Source of the DNA: a virus
Strand: one strand, 5' to 3'
Virus record (IMG/VR): IMGVR_UViG_3300030329_003470
Coordinates: 1 to 64,000 of that record
DNA length: 64,000 nucleotides
Shown: one piece after another, positions 18,770-28,361 of the stretch
Numbering within the stretch: position 1 is the stretch's first letter
How the letters are laid out: each line of letters begins with the position of its first letter
Notes under the pieces: model-generated
Told to the model about the DNA's origin: nothing
Databases searched by the model: none
The model's input: the letters and a program-made list of their open reading frames with translations, nothing else
Program-made: the position numbers and the translations under genes

Positions 18770-19848
18770 TCTAAATGTCTAATTAAATCCGGAACGTTAA
18801 CTTTAAAGTTTATTAGGTCGCTAAATCGTTTTATACCAGACGGTTTTTTATTTTTTTCCATCGATATTGGTACTGTTTTTGCCAAATATAATTCGTGTTT
18901 TAATCCTAAATGATGTGATAGAATAGGATAAACTTTTTTGTGTATCATTTTAGGATCTTGTATTTCCATCACTTTTGTTCCAGGATTACACCATAGTAAG
19001 TTTACTAACCCTGCACCGTGAGCCGCAACAATGTGTGTTGCTTCAGCAAAAGTTTTCATTTGTTCTTTAATAGTCATATTTTCTAATGCAACAGTTTCCC
19101 AACCTTTTAATGCCAGTATTAATTCATCAGAATTAATAAGTTTTCTTGATTTTGCTCCTGGACGTAATACAATAATTTTTCTATGAGGCGTAATGCCTTT
19201 TAGTCCTGTTGTTCCTTTGAAATGTCGTAACCACGGTGCTAGGTGCGGAGTAATAACACCGTCCTTTGAATTACTTAAACTAGGTACAAGCAAATGTTTG
19301 AATTGCCATACTTCGTTTTTTGGCATCACAACAACTTTTACTTCTGGAATTATTTCTTTAATTACTTTGTTAAGATATTTGCTTTCGTTTGCAATAATAA
19401 AACAATATTTTGTAAAATCTGTAGACCATCTTTTTTCCATTAATCTAAATTTAGATATAACATCAATCCATATGTGCCATGGATTATTAGCACTTTCTTT
19501 ATCAATAGGCAACCATACGTAAGTGTATCTTTCACCAAACTCTTGGGTTACAGGTGGCAACTCTACGTCTACATGATCCCCCCAGTCGCTCCAAAGTTTG
19601 TGTGATTTGTTAGGTTTAAATTTCCGACTGTGTGTCAGTCCCCAAATGTAATTGGTAATAAGTTTTTGACTCATTGTTGCAAGTAGTGGACAACTATGTA
19701 TTTTGCAATTATGAAATTCTGCTACAAACGTTGGTAAACTTGTAAAATGTGGATCAATGTCTTCATGATAAGGTACCGAAAAGTCATAACTGTTGTCTAC
19801 TGTTTCCCACCTATCTAAAAAATATTTAATTGAATCAATGTTTTTCAT
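18766..19848 (-). CDS. GT61/DUF563 glycosyltransferase
   Basis: NPWHIWID, RKLIN..EL, EQ...F.EA..IVAAHGAGLVNLLW signature. Confidence 0.85.
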   Translation of the reverse strand: MKNIDSIKYFLDRWETVDNSYDFSVPYHEDIDPHFTSLPTFVAEFHNCKIHSCPLLATMSQKLITNYIWGLTHSRKFKPNKSHKLWSDWGDHVDVELPPVTQEFGERYTYVWLPIDKESANNPWHIWIDVISKFRLMEKRWSTDFTKYCFIIANESKYLNKVIKEIIPEVKVVVMPKNEVWQFKHLLVPSLSNSKDGVITPHLAPWLRHFKGTTGLKGITPHRKIIVLRPGAKSRKLINSDELILALKGWETVALENMTIKEQMKTFAEATHIVAAHGAGLVNLLWCNPGTKVMEIQDPKMIHKKVYPILSHHLGLKHELYLAKTVPISMEKNKKPSGIKRFSDLINFKVNVPDLIRHLD

Positions 19849-19850
19849 GT

Positions 19851-19879
19851 TTGCAATTTGCGAATAACTATACTATAAT
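19851..19879 (+). promoter_or_regulatory. Sigma70-like promoter in the divergent centre of the glycan island
   Basis: TTGCAA (19851-56), 17 nt, TATAAT (19874-79); TATAGT repeats on the opposite strand face the leftward block. Confidence 0.55.
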
Positions 19880-19888
19880 TATTAAGTT

Positions 19889-20560
19889 ATGCTTACCAAT
19901 CTATTCATTAATGGTTGTTCATTTTTAACACCTAGACCTAAAGACGGAGTACATACTCATTCTGGCCTTGAATTAGCCACACTTATGGATTTGAAAGTTG
20001 CAACAAACCTTGCTATGGGCGGAAGAGGTAATGAACGTATTAGTTTTACAACAAAATTATGGTTTGAGCAAAATGGATATAAAGATACTTTTGCTGTAAT
20101 TGGTTGGTCTAGTATGATGAGAAATGATTATGTTACTAACGATGGTTGGAAAAAAGGAAGAATGCCTAATATGGATTTAACTTGGCGTAGTTGGAAATTA
20201 ACTGATCACGGAGATTTTATTAAAAAACAAATAGGTTGGGATTTAGAAAATACATTAATAATGAAATATTTGGATAATGTTTTAGATTTACAAAATTATT
20301 TTGAACTACATAAAATTCCTTATGTGATGTATAATTCTCTACCAAATTATGTTAATTCTAATATTAGTGATTTTAAAACATTTTCTAAAGCAATACATAT
20401 GGAAAGATTTTTTAAACCAGAGCAAAGTCATTTAGAGTTTATACAAGAAAACGAACTTGTAGTAAGTCCTAAAGATCCACATCCTAGCACTAAAGGACAC
20501 GGACTTTGGGCAAAACAATTGAAAGAATTTATAGATGCTAACAATTTACGCACCATTTAA
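19889..20560 (+). CDS. SGNH/GDSL-like hydrolase or acyltransferase
   Basis: NGCSF block I, NLAMGGRGN block II, DPHP block V. Confidence 0.7.
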   Translation: MLTNLFINGCSFLTPRPKDGVHTHSGLELATLMDLKVATNLAMGGRGNERISFTTKLWFEQNGYKDTFAVIGWSSMMRNDYVTNDGWKKGRMPNMDLTWRSWKLTDHGDFIKKQIGWDLENTLIMKYLDNVLDLQNYFELHKIPYVMYNSLPNYVNSNISDFKTFSKAIHMERFFKPEQSHLEFIQENELVVSPKDPHPSTKGHGLWAKQLKEFIDANNLRTI

Positions 20561-21347
20561 TAATCCAAATAGCAAGGCCTGGGAAGTGTTTAACGGAGTT
20601 GAAAAAACTTGGCCAGAAAAAGTTACAGTAAAAGATAATAGTATAGAAATTGATCCTGCACCAAACTCAATGTTTTGGGGATTTGTTAATAACAATGTAC
20701 AATTAGTAAAAAAATTAGAAGAAAGAAAACATCAATTTTGGTTTACAGACACACCATATTTTGGTAGATTTAATAACAATAACTTAAAACCTAATAATCA
20801 TTATTGGCGTATTTGCAAAAATGGAATACACGTAAAATATATTAAAGGGTGTAAGTCTGATAGGTTTGAAAAGTTTGGAATGAAAGTTAGAGCACCCAAT
20901 TTTAAAGGTAAAAATGTTTTAGTTTGTCCTAGCAGTGCAGGTATACACAATTATTTAGATAGGCCAAACTGGACACAAGAAATAGTAGAACAAATTAAAA
21001 GATACACAGACAGACCAATAAAGATTAGAGAAAAGCCACGTGGTCGAGGAACATCAGGTCCTAGTGAAGCAAAAGTTCCGTTGTCAGAGGACTTAAAAGA
21101 TGCTTGGTGTTTAGTTACAAGTTGTTCAATTGCGGCAGTTGAAGCACAATGTATGGGCATACCTGTTATATGTGATGAAAAAAGTTTTGCCAAAGAAGTT
21201 GGTGGCCAAGAACTTGCAGACATTGAAAATCCTTTCTTTGTTGGTTGTGAAGACTGGTTATACAGTCTAGCCTATCAACAATTTACTCCAGAAGAATTTA
21301 CTAACGGAGTAGCAATTGAAATACTAATGGATAAAGGTGTACTTTAA
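20535..21347 (+). CDS. KpsS-like glycosyltransferase, paralogue 4
   Basis: KIREKP, LVTSCSIAAVEAQCMGIPV, LAYQQFT.EE. Confidence 0.65.
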   Translation: MLTIYAPFNNPNSKAWEVFNGVEKTWPEKVTVKDNSIEIDPAPNSMFWGFVNNNVQLVKKLEERKHQFWFTDTPYFGRFNNNNLKPNNHYWRICKNGIHVKYIKGCKSDRFEKFGMKVRAPNFKGKNVLVCPSSAGIHNYLDRPNWTQEIVEQIKRYTDRPIKIREKPRGRGTSGPSEAKVPLSEDLKDAWCLVTSCSIAAVEAQCMGIPVICDEKSFAKEVGGQELADIENPFFVGCEDWLYSLAYQQFTPEEFTNGVAIEILMDKGVL

Positions 21348-22111
21348 TGTTAAAGAAATTAATACATTATGGTTGTTCATTTGGAGTAGGCAACGGTGTG
21401 CCACATTTTGTTCCAGGGTTGCCAGGAAATGTTGCACCACATATAGATAAAATAGGAGAAAAAAAAGTTACAGAAAAATATAATTTTATACCACAAGAAC
21501 CTATAACTTGTGGGAAATTTCTTGCAGATAAACTTAAATTAGAATATAAAAAAGTTGCACAGAACGGTGCAAGTAATGAAATGATATTTAGAAAAGTACT
21601 TCAAGCAAATTTACAAAACGCATTTGTATTAATAGGATTAACAAGTTACAATAGACGTGAAGGGTTAACCACAAGAAGAGAAAATTCACATTGGCACACA
21701 TGGAAAATGGTTGCTCCTGGAGAAGGTGCAAGATATAAAGATTTAATATTTGATCCATGGAAAGATGAATATAAACCCGCAATAGAAGAAGAATTGCAAA
21801 TTAGAACTGTAATGCAAATAATTTATATGCAAAATTATTTTAAAAATAATAATGTACCTTATTTAATTTTTAATGCATTATGGAATGGCTTTGACAAACC
21901 ATTAACAAAAGAATGTAAGGCTTTTTTAAAAGACGTAGATCAAAATCATTATTACAAGTTAAACGGAACATTCGATGAATCCCAACACGGGTGGTGTAAA
22001 AAATCAGGATTATCTGTTTCAGAAATTGATGAACATCCTAATATTGAAGGGCAAAAACAGTGGGGTTTAAAACTGTTGCCATTAGCCAAAAAAATTATAA
22101 ATGCAGGTTGA
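21347..22111 (+). CDS. SGNH/GDSL-like hydrolase or acyltransferase, second copy
   Basis: YGCSF, AQNGASN, DEHP. Confidence 0.65.
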   Translation: MLKKLIHYGCSFGVGNGVPHFVPGLPGNVAPHIDKIGEKKVTEKYNFIPQEPITCGKFLADKLKLEYKKVAQNGASNEMIFRKVLQANLQNAFVLIGLTSYNRREGLTTRRENSHWHTWKMVAPGEGARYKDLIFDPWKDEYKPAIEEELQIRTVMQIIYMQNYFKNNNVPYLIFNALWNGFDKPLTKECKAFLKDVDQNHYYKLNGTFDESQHGWCKKSGLSVSEIDEHPNIEGQKQWGLKLLPLAKKIINAG

Positions 22112-22730
22112 TAGTTTTTCAAAAATAATTTTTGTCCATATTCCTAGGACAGGCGGATCGTGGTTTGGTTATTCTTGGCGTTCAAATAAAGATTCTTCTG
22201 GAGAAATAAGTTACATTCAAAATAAATTTTTGTTCAATAGAAAAAATGGAAAAAAAGTTGAGTGTGGAAGACATGGAAAACTTGTAGGACTGCTTAAACA
22301 ATTTAAAAAAATTAATGCAGATGTATCTGATTATAAAAAAATAACAATCGTTAGAGAACCAGTTGATAGAATAATAAGTTCTTGGAAATGGTTCTCACTT
22401 GTAAAAAATACTGCAAAAAGACACGGTTGGAAAAGTATAGACGATATGCTAGATGAATTTGAACTAGGTAGAGTAAGAGCAAACTATATGCCACAAGTTG
22501 ATTGGCTGTGTGAGCCTGGAGCAAAGTTTGATCATATTTTTACATTTGAAAGACTTTTAAAAGGCCCTGGAAAAGTACAAAGTAAATTTCCAGATTATAA
22601 ACCACAAGGCAAACTTAGAAGAACAAACCCAGACATAACAATAACAAAACAGCAAGAAAATCGTATTCGTAAATTATACAAGGACGATATAGATTATTTG
22701 TCCAAGTTTTACCCAAACTTAAATAGTTAA
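22101..22730 (+). CDS. Sulfotransferase family protein
   Basis: FVHIPRTGGS 5'-PSB loop; VREPVDRIISSW 3'-PB motif. Confidence 0.8.
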   Translation: MQVDSFSKIIFVHIPRTGGSWFGYSWRSNKDSSGEISYIQNKFLFNRKNGKKVECGRHGKLVGLLKQFKKINADVSDYKKITIVREPVDRIISSWKWFSLVKNTAKRHGWKSIDDMLDEFELGRVRANYMPQVDWLCEPGAKFDHIFTFERLLKGPGKVQSKFPDYKPQGKLRRTNPDITITKQQENRIRKLYKDDIDYLSKFYPNLNS

Positions 22731-22731
22731 T

Positions 22732-23358
22732 ATGACTATTGAAAAAGTAAATGGTTTTTGGGTACCAGCAAACGATGTGCATTTAGAAAAATGGAAAGCG
22801 GGAGATTCATTTTCACAAAGTACGTGTTTAGAAAAATTTGCAACTTTTTGTTCAAAAAGAAAGAAAAAATTTAATTGTATTTTAGATATTGGAGCATGGG
22901 TAGGCACATGGACCATGACCATGAACAACTTTTCTGAAAAAATAATTGCTTTTGAACCAGACCCTCTTCATTATAAATGTCTAAATAAAAATGTATCAGA
23001 AGATGTTGAAACCTGGCAGTTGGCAGTTGGCTCAGAAAATAAAACAGTTTCTCTTTCAGACGACGACTTTACACAGGCTAAAAGAGTAATGGGCAAAGGT
23101 GATATACCAATGATTACCGTTGATAGTTTAGGATTAAAAAGTGTTGATGTAATTAAAATAGATGTTGAAGGATATGAAATGGAAGTGTTAAAAGGTGCAG
23201 AAAAAACTTTACAAAATACCAAATATTTAATGATTGAATTAAACAATAATACAAAAAAATATGGTACTAATAATTTAGAAGTAGAAAATTATATTATAAA
23301 AAAAGGATTTAGATTATTATTAAATCATTGGCCAGATAAAGTATTCAGCAAAAAATAA
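22732..23358 (+). CDS. FkbM family methyltransferase
   Basis: LDIGAWVG, AFEPD, IKIDVEGYEM.VLKGA. Confidence 0.88.
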   Translation: MTIEKVNGFWVPANDVHLEKWKAGDSFSQSTCLEKFATFCSKRKKKFNCILDIGAWVGTWTMTMNNFSEKIIAFEPDPLHYKCLNKNVSEDVETWQLAVGSENKTVSLSDDDFTQAKRVMGKGDIPMITVDSLGLKSVDVIKIDVEGYEMEVLKGAEKTLQNTKYLMIELNNNTKKYGTNNLEVENYIIKKGFRLLLNHWPDKVFSKK

Positions 23359-23374
23359 ATTTTTAAATAGATAT

Positions 23375-24379
23375 ATGAAAATTTTCATAACAGGCGTTGC
23401 AGGATTTTTAGGTTCTCATTTAGCAGATTTAATGATATCACAAGGTCATACCGTTGCTGGTAATGATAATATGATAGGTGGTTACACAGATAACGTGCCT
23501 CAGGATGTAGAGTTCCACCAAGTAGACTGTTGTGATTTAGAAAACTTAACCAAAGCAATGGAAGGGTGTGATATAGTATATCACACTGCGGCAACTGCCT
23601 ATGAAGGACTATCAGTGTTTTCTCCAGTGTTAGTTACAAGAAATATTTTTGAAGCATCTGTTACAACTATAACTGCGGCAATAAGAAACAAAGTAAAACG
23701 TATTGTGTATTGCTCTAGTATGGCGAGATATGGACATCATGACGAAGTACCATACAAAGAAACTTACGAATGTCGTCCACAAGATCCTTATGGTATTGCA
23801 AAGAAAGCCGGAGAAGAAGTATTAAAAAATTTATGTGACACACACGGAGTTGAGTACGTTATTGCTGTGCCACACAACATTGTTGGCCCTAGACAAAAAT
23901 ATGATGACCCATTTAGAAACGTAATGTCAATTATGTTAAACAGAATGCTACAAGGTAAGCAACCAATTATATACGGAGACGGAGAACAAAAAAGATGTTT
24001 TAGTTATATAGATGATTGCTTGTATTGTTTAAACGCACTTGCCTTTCAGGATAATGTTGTTGGTGAAGTTGTAAACATTGGACCAGACGAAGAACCTGTT
24101 ACTATTAACGAACTTGCTGAAGCCTGTGCAAACGAAACAGGAGTTAACTTAGATCCAATACATCATAAAGATAGACCCAAAGAAGTTAAACTAGCAACTT
24201 GTTCGTCAGATAAAGCAAGGGAGTTGTTAGGATATAACACCTCAACTAATATGCGACAAGCAGTAAAAAAGACTGCTGATTACATAAGAACAAGAGGTAC
24301 AAAAAAGTTTCAGTATCATTTGCCATTAGAAATAATAAACGAACATACACCAGAAACTTGGAAAAACAAATTGATATGA
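23375..24379 (+). CDS. NAD-dependent nucleotide-sugar epimerase/dehydratase
   Basis: ITGVAGFLGSH, CSSMARYG, YGIAK (YxxxK), HNIVGP, GDGEQKRCFSYIDD. Confidence 0.92.
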   Translation: MKIFITGVAGFLGSHLADLMISQGHTVAGNDNMIGGYTDNVPQDVEFHQVDCCDLENLTKAMEGCDIVYHTAATAYEGLSVFSPVLVTRNIFEASVTTITAAIRNKVKRIVYCSSMARYGHHDEVPYKETYECRPQDPYGIAKKAGEEVLKNLCDTHGVEYVIAVPHNIVGPRQKYDDPFRNVMSIMLNRMLQGKQPIIYGDGEQKRCFSYIDDCLYCLNALAFQDNVVGEVVNIGPDEEPVTINELAEACANETGVNLDPIHHKDRPKEVKLATCSSDKARELLGYNTSTNMRQAVKKTADYIRTRGTKKFQYHLPLEIINEHTPETWKNKLI

Positions 24380-25083
24380 TTTCTTTCAGTTGTCCATCTC
24401 GTGGCCGTCCTGAACTTGCAAGACGTTTAGTTGATACTGCAGAAAGTACCGCAAAAAACGATATTCAAATTTTATTTTATCTTAATGATGACGACGAACA
24501 CTTGCCAAGGTATAAAGAATTATTACCTAAAAAATATTATGTTGTAGGACCAAACCAGTCGACTTGTTTTAGTTGGAACCTATTAGCAGACAAAGCCAAA
24601 CATGATATTGTAATGTTAATGGGCGATGATGTACAAGTGCAAACAGAACACTGGGATCAATTAATTGTAGATCAATTTAATAAGTATGATGATAAAATTT
24701 TAATGGTAGTGCCAAGCGATGGAAGATGGAAGGGCACAAAAAAATTTAAATTAGATAAACCTACATTATGGTCAGACGAAGTCCTACCAGCGGCTCACTT
24801 TGCTGTGCATAAAAATTGGATTAATACTTTAGGATATTTGGCACCACCATTTTTTTGGCATTGGCACGTTGATTCATATACTCAGAAAGTTGCTCGTAAA
24901 CTTAACAGATGTCTTTATTTGCCTACAGTGGTTTTTAAAGCAAAAAAGATGTTTGACGAAACTGGAAAACAAGTGCGTCATAACTTAAACATTAATAATA
25001 GAGATAATTTTGTTTGGGATAAAGTTCAAAGACATTTAAGAACAGATATAAAAGCACTACAAGATCTTATTAAAGATCAGTAA
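24376..25083 (+). CDS. GT2-like glycosyltransferase
   Basis: CPSRGRP, LMGDD (DxD-like), HWHVD; ATGA overlap with previous stop (track start 24358). Confidence 0.7.
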   Translation: MISFSCPSRGRPELARRLVDTAESTAKNDIQILFYLNDDDEHLPRYKELLPKKYYVVGPNQSTCFSWNLLADKAKHDIVMLMGDDVQVQTEHWDQLIVDQFNKYDDKILMVVPSDGRWKGTKKFKLDKPTLWSDEVLPAAHFAVHKNWINTLGYLAPPFFWHWHVDSYTQKVARKLNRCLYLPTVVFKAKKMFDETGKQVRHNLNINNRDNFVWDKVQRHLRTDIKALQDLIKDQ

Positions 25084-25690
25084 ACTCAATAAAACATTTA
25101 TTTTTACGTGTCTTTTGAATAAAAAGATTTAATGTTATTCTATTCGTTTCTTGGTCACTTTCATATGAATGCCATGTGTATCCTTCTTGTCCACAAAATA
25201 TAAATGTGTTATTAGGCACCCACGGAGCCTCTTTAACAAAAGCACTTTTAAATTGTGCATTGTACATTTTAGTACCAACGTTTTTTTCTGGTGTAATATA
25301 AGTTACAGAACTCCAAATTTTTTCTAAACCTTCTTGATGTATATGAAATTTATAAGGTAAAGGAGGAGTTACAGATATATGTGCATTCACTCCTAGATAT
25401 GGATAAGTTCTATGTTTTGGATAAACTCCACAAACTTCTTTTATATTTTTTAAAAGAGTTGTGCATATATCAACTGTTTCGTCGTAAAAATCTATTCCCC
25501 ATTTTTTGAAATCGTCTGGAAATATATGATGTAATTCAGTTGTTTTAAAATTTAATTTTTCAATACACTGATCTCGTAACTTTGTAAATGTATCTGTGCT
25601 TAATGTGTTGTTAAGTACCTGGTGTGGCCACGGATCGTGTACAACTTCGGATGTTAAACAGTTTTCTAAAAATTTTTTACCTTCGTTCAT
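25070..25690 (-). CDS. 2OG-Fe(II) oxygenase-like protein
   Basis: DPWPH, HIHQE, WVPN...F, WHSY...R; likely start MNEG at 25690 (track 25711). Confidence 0.65.
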   Translation of the reverse strand: MNEGKKFLENCLTSEVVHDPWPHQVLNNTLSTDTFTKLRDQCIEKLNFKTTELHHIFPDDFKKWGIDFYDETVDICTTLLKNIKEVCGVYPKHRTYPYLGVNAHISVTPPLPYKFHIHQEGLEKIWSSVTYITPEKNVGTKMYNAQFKSAFVKEAPWVPNNTFIFCGQEGYTWHSYESDQETNRITLNLFIQKTRKNKCFIEFTDL

Positions 25691-25937
25691 ACTCCGATAA
25701 CCACTCTTCAAGTTCTATGCCTGTCAATGGTTCTGGAGTAAGCCATTCCTGTTTGCCCTGCGTCATTTGCCATTTACCACTGCCCATTTGATGAGATCTT
25801 TTAGGTTCTTCTATATGTTTTCCCACCATGTATCTACGAGTTCCTGGACCGTATGGTGCAATCTCAGTATGGATAACAATTAATCCTAATTGCTCTATTT
25901 TTTGCAACATTCTGTCTTTATGATTTGCCATATACAA
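25677..25937 (-). CDS. Hypothetical protein
   Basis: 86-aa ORF; TAAGTA promoter variant 6 nt upstream of ATG. Confidence 0.6.
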   Translation of the reverse strand: MYMANHKDRMLQKIEQLGLIVIHTEIAPYGPGTRRYMVGKHIEEPKRSHQMGSGKWQMTQGKQEWLTPEPLTGIELEEWLSEYERR

Positions 25938-25940
25938 TAC

Positions 25941-26372
25941 TTATCTTAACTTTTCTACCATTTTGTCAAAAGTTTTTTCATTTATATCCAATTGTAAAAA
26001 TGGTCTATGAGGCCAATGTTTATTCTTTGTAAGTATTTTTATTTTTTTAGATTTTGTAATTAAAAATGTATTACTAGTATATGTAATAAGTTTGCCATCA
26101 ATATCTATATCGGCGCCTGCATATCTATCTGCTCTTTCTCTAAAAAACCATAAACAAATTATTTCTTTGTCTTTATCAAACTCTGTTAAATCTTTATAAA
26201 ATTTATAATCTACTTTATATTTTTTATAAAAATCTTTCCAAACTTGATGTTCTAAATTATTTTGATTTTCGTAAAGTCTATCGTACTCATCGAGTTTTAC
26301 TATGCCCGATGCATATATAAATTCAACAGGTTCTTTACGTAGGTGTGCTTTTCTTAATTTGTCCCAATTCAT
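25941..26372 (-). CDS. Hypothetical protein
   Basis: Likely start MNWDKL at 26372 (track 26408); packed in operon. Confidence 0.6.
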   Translation of the reverse strand: MNWDKLRKAHLRKEPVEFIYASGIVKLDEYDRLYENQNNLEHQVWKDFYKKYKVDYKFYKDLTEFDKDKEIICLWFFRERADRYAGADIDIDGKLITYTSNTFLITKSKKIKILTKNKHWPHRPFLQLDINEKTFDKMVEKLR

Positions 26373-27046
26373 TATGATGAAAAGAGATTTATAAGTTCTT
26401 TCTTCCAATCATCGCCGTATTCACAATCACGGTATCCATCAAACCACGGACCACCAGATGTGTAATGCAATACTTTAGGAGTACCGTCTTTAGGTTCTTT
26501 GTACCAACCAACCAACCAATTGTACTCTAATGGTAAAGATCCAATCTCATTATCCTCTAGCCAACTAAATCTGTGTAAAAATTTTGGAGACTCTGTGTTT
26601 AATAATTCAGGTGTTAATATTTTATTTTTTGGATGTTCACAATTCCAAAGGACCATACTGCTCCAATTTTTTCTTGGGTATACAGTTTGTACTTGCCCAT
26701 CCATTTTAGTTCCTTCTTTAGGTTTGTAATCATGTTGTACACAAACCACTGCTTTGGAATTATCACAATATTTTACAAGTTCATGTGAAGGTATTTTCCA
26801 CAAAAAATCACAGTCACAAAATACTGCCCAGCCTTTGTAATCGTTTAGGTATGGTACAAAAAACCTTGTAAATGTAAATTCAGTTGTTGCAAGTTTATCT
26901 ACTGCTCTTGTATAAATCCCTTGCTCTCTCATTTGTCTTTGTTTTAAAGCAATAACTTCTGCAGATGGATCTCTTCTTTTTATACTGTGTTCGCAAACCT
27001 GATATGCTATATCTTCTCTACTATCGTGACCTACGTATATTTTCAT
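26372..27046 (-). CDS. GT8-like glycosyltransferase
   Basis: IYVGHDSRE, TEFTFTRF, FCDCDF (DxD), RKNWSS, HYTSGGPW; start MKIYVG at 27046 (track 27076). Confidence 0.85.
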   Translation of the reverse strand: MKIYVGHDSREDIAYQVCEHSIKRRDPSAEVIALKQRQMREQGIYTRAVDKLATTEFTFTRFFVPYLNDYKGWAVFCDCDFLWKIPSHELVKYCDNSKAVVCVQHDYKPKEGTKMDGQVQTVYPRKNWSSMVLWNCEHPKNKILTPELLNTESPKFLHRFSWLEDNEIGSLPLEYNWLVGWYKEPKDGTPKVLHYTSGGPWFDGYRDCEYGDDWKKELINLFSS

Positions 27047-27678
27047 TTTACTAATATTTTGTGTATTTGTTCCCAATTATTTACTCTGGTAATTTGAGGG
27101 TGATTAAAATCTTGGTTATAAGGATGGTCGTATAATAATACTTTTAATCCATAATTTAATCCTACCTGAGCATTTTTTGGTTTATCTTCAACCCAATATA
27201 ATCCTGTACCGTGAAATTCTGCAAGTGCATTATCTTTATCTGATCCTGTATCAAGTATATGATAGTTGTAAAAAACATCACCAAACAATTCTTCTAGTCT
27301 TCTTTTACGTATTTCTTGTGCTGGAATATCAGATGTTTGTGATGTTATAGGAATAAATGTCCAACCTTCTGCGTGTAATAATTTTACCCAAGTTTGTGAG
27401 CCAGGCATAGGTGGTTGTGTTGCCATCCAAGCACTTTTATTAAATTCTCTAATTTCTTTTCTTACTTCTGTTTTAGTTAGACCAAATCTTTCTGCCATTT
27501 CGTAAGTATTTTCTTTGTCATCTAACAACGTATATGGATAAATTTTTTTACCAACATATCCTTCTCCAACTGGAGTTTCAAAGTAAGAACGTTGTAACAT
27601 CCATTCAGTAAAATGGTTCTCCCATTCTAACAGTACTCCGTCTACGTCTGTAAGTATTATTCTATTTGATATCGGCAT
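27043..27678 (-). CDS. HAD-family 5'(3')-deoxyribonucleotidase-like phosphatase
   Basis: LTDVDGVL motif I, WVEDKP.N motif IV. Confidence 0.8.
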   Translation of the reverse strand: MPISNRIILTDVDGVLLEWENHFTEWMLQRSYFETPVGEGYVGKKIYPYTLLDDKENTYEMAERFGLTKTEVRKEIREFNKSAWMATQPPMPGSQTWVKLLHAEGWTFIPITSQTSDIPAQEIRKRRLEELFGDVFYNYHILDTGSDKDNALAEFHGTGLYWVEDKPKNAQVGLNYGLKVLLYDHPYNQDFNHPQITRVNNWEQIHKILVK

Positions 27679-28123
27679 CTTCCATTCCTGCTACTCTCAG
27701 TTTAACAATGTTTGTGATTTGCCATTGTTTCTGATCTAATCCTTTTGTGATGCCTAACCATTGATTTCTTAATAATGCAAATTCATTAATAATTTTATCC
27801 ATATCAACAACGTCTTGTTCGCCATCAACATACTTTTCTGCATCTCTGCTGGACAATGCTCTATTATAATTTTCTAAGAATTTTTTAAATGATTTTGATC
27901 TTGTTCTACGTAATTCAATATTAAGGTACTCAAGTATTGCTTCTATTTGTTGTAATTGATTAAATCTATGCTCAACTATACCGGGTAATGCCGCTGATGC
28001 TTTTTCTAGATTACCGTATATTCTAACTTCTTTTTTTGCGTTTTGTAATTCAGTATCAAAATAATTGATACAATCAGGAATTTTATCTAAGTTTCTTGCT
28101 ACTTCACTATACCAATTAATCAT
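27662..28123 (-). CDS. uvsY: Recombination mediator UvsY-like
   Basis: Y.RALSSRDAEKYVDGE..V motif; helical; next to RecA/UvsX; likely start MINWY at 28123 (track 28171). Confidence 0.7.
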   Translation of the reverse strand: MINWYSEVARNLDKIPDCINYFDTELQNAKKEVRIYGNLEKASAALPGIVEHRFNQLQQIEAILEYLNIELRRTRSKSFKKFLENYNRALSSRDAEKYVDGEQDVVDMDKIINEFALLRNQWLGITKGLDQKQWQITNIVKLRVAGMEDADIK

Positions 28124-28361
28124 CTTCATACCGATCGTTATAAGTTTCGTCTTCCTCTTCGTATTCCTCAAAAACTGTATTAACCGCTTCTTCTAATTTT
28201 GGATCGTATTCTCCTATTGCTTTTATCTCTGCTTCTTCAACTCCCATACTTTCAAGAGTTTTTACAAAGTCAACTGCGGCGTCTAATTTTTGTTTTTCAG
28301 GAATGAAGTGTACAACTGAGTCCCATATACGTTCGATATCATCGTGTGTCATTTCTACCAT
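28116..28361 (-). CDS. Small acidic hypothetical protein
   Basis: 81-aa ORF with acidic tail, in operon. Confidence 0.6.
   Translation of the reverse strand: MVEMTHDDIERIWDSVVHFIPEKQKLDAAVDFVKTLESMGVEEAEIKAIGEYDPKLEEAVNTVFEEYEEEDETYNDRYEDD

Noticed and set aside
10481-27046. Island as a DNA hypermodification pathway
   Set aside because: Families point to polysaccharide chemistry; no hydroxymethylase, TET/JBP-type or DNA-base kinase gene recognised; restriction-site avoidance implies unprotected DNA. Not fully excluded without nucleoside analysis.
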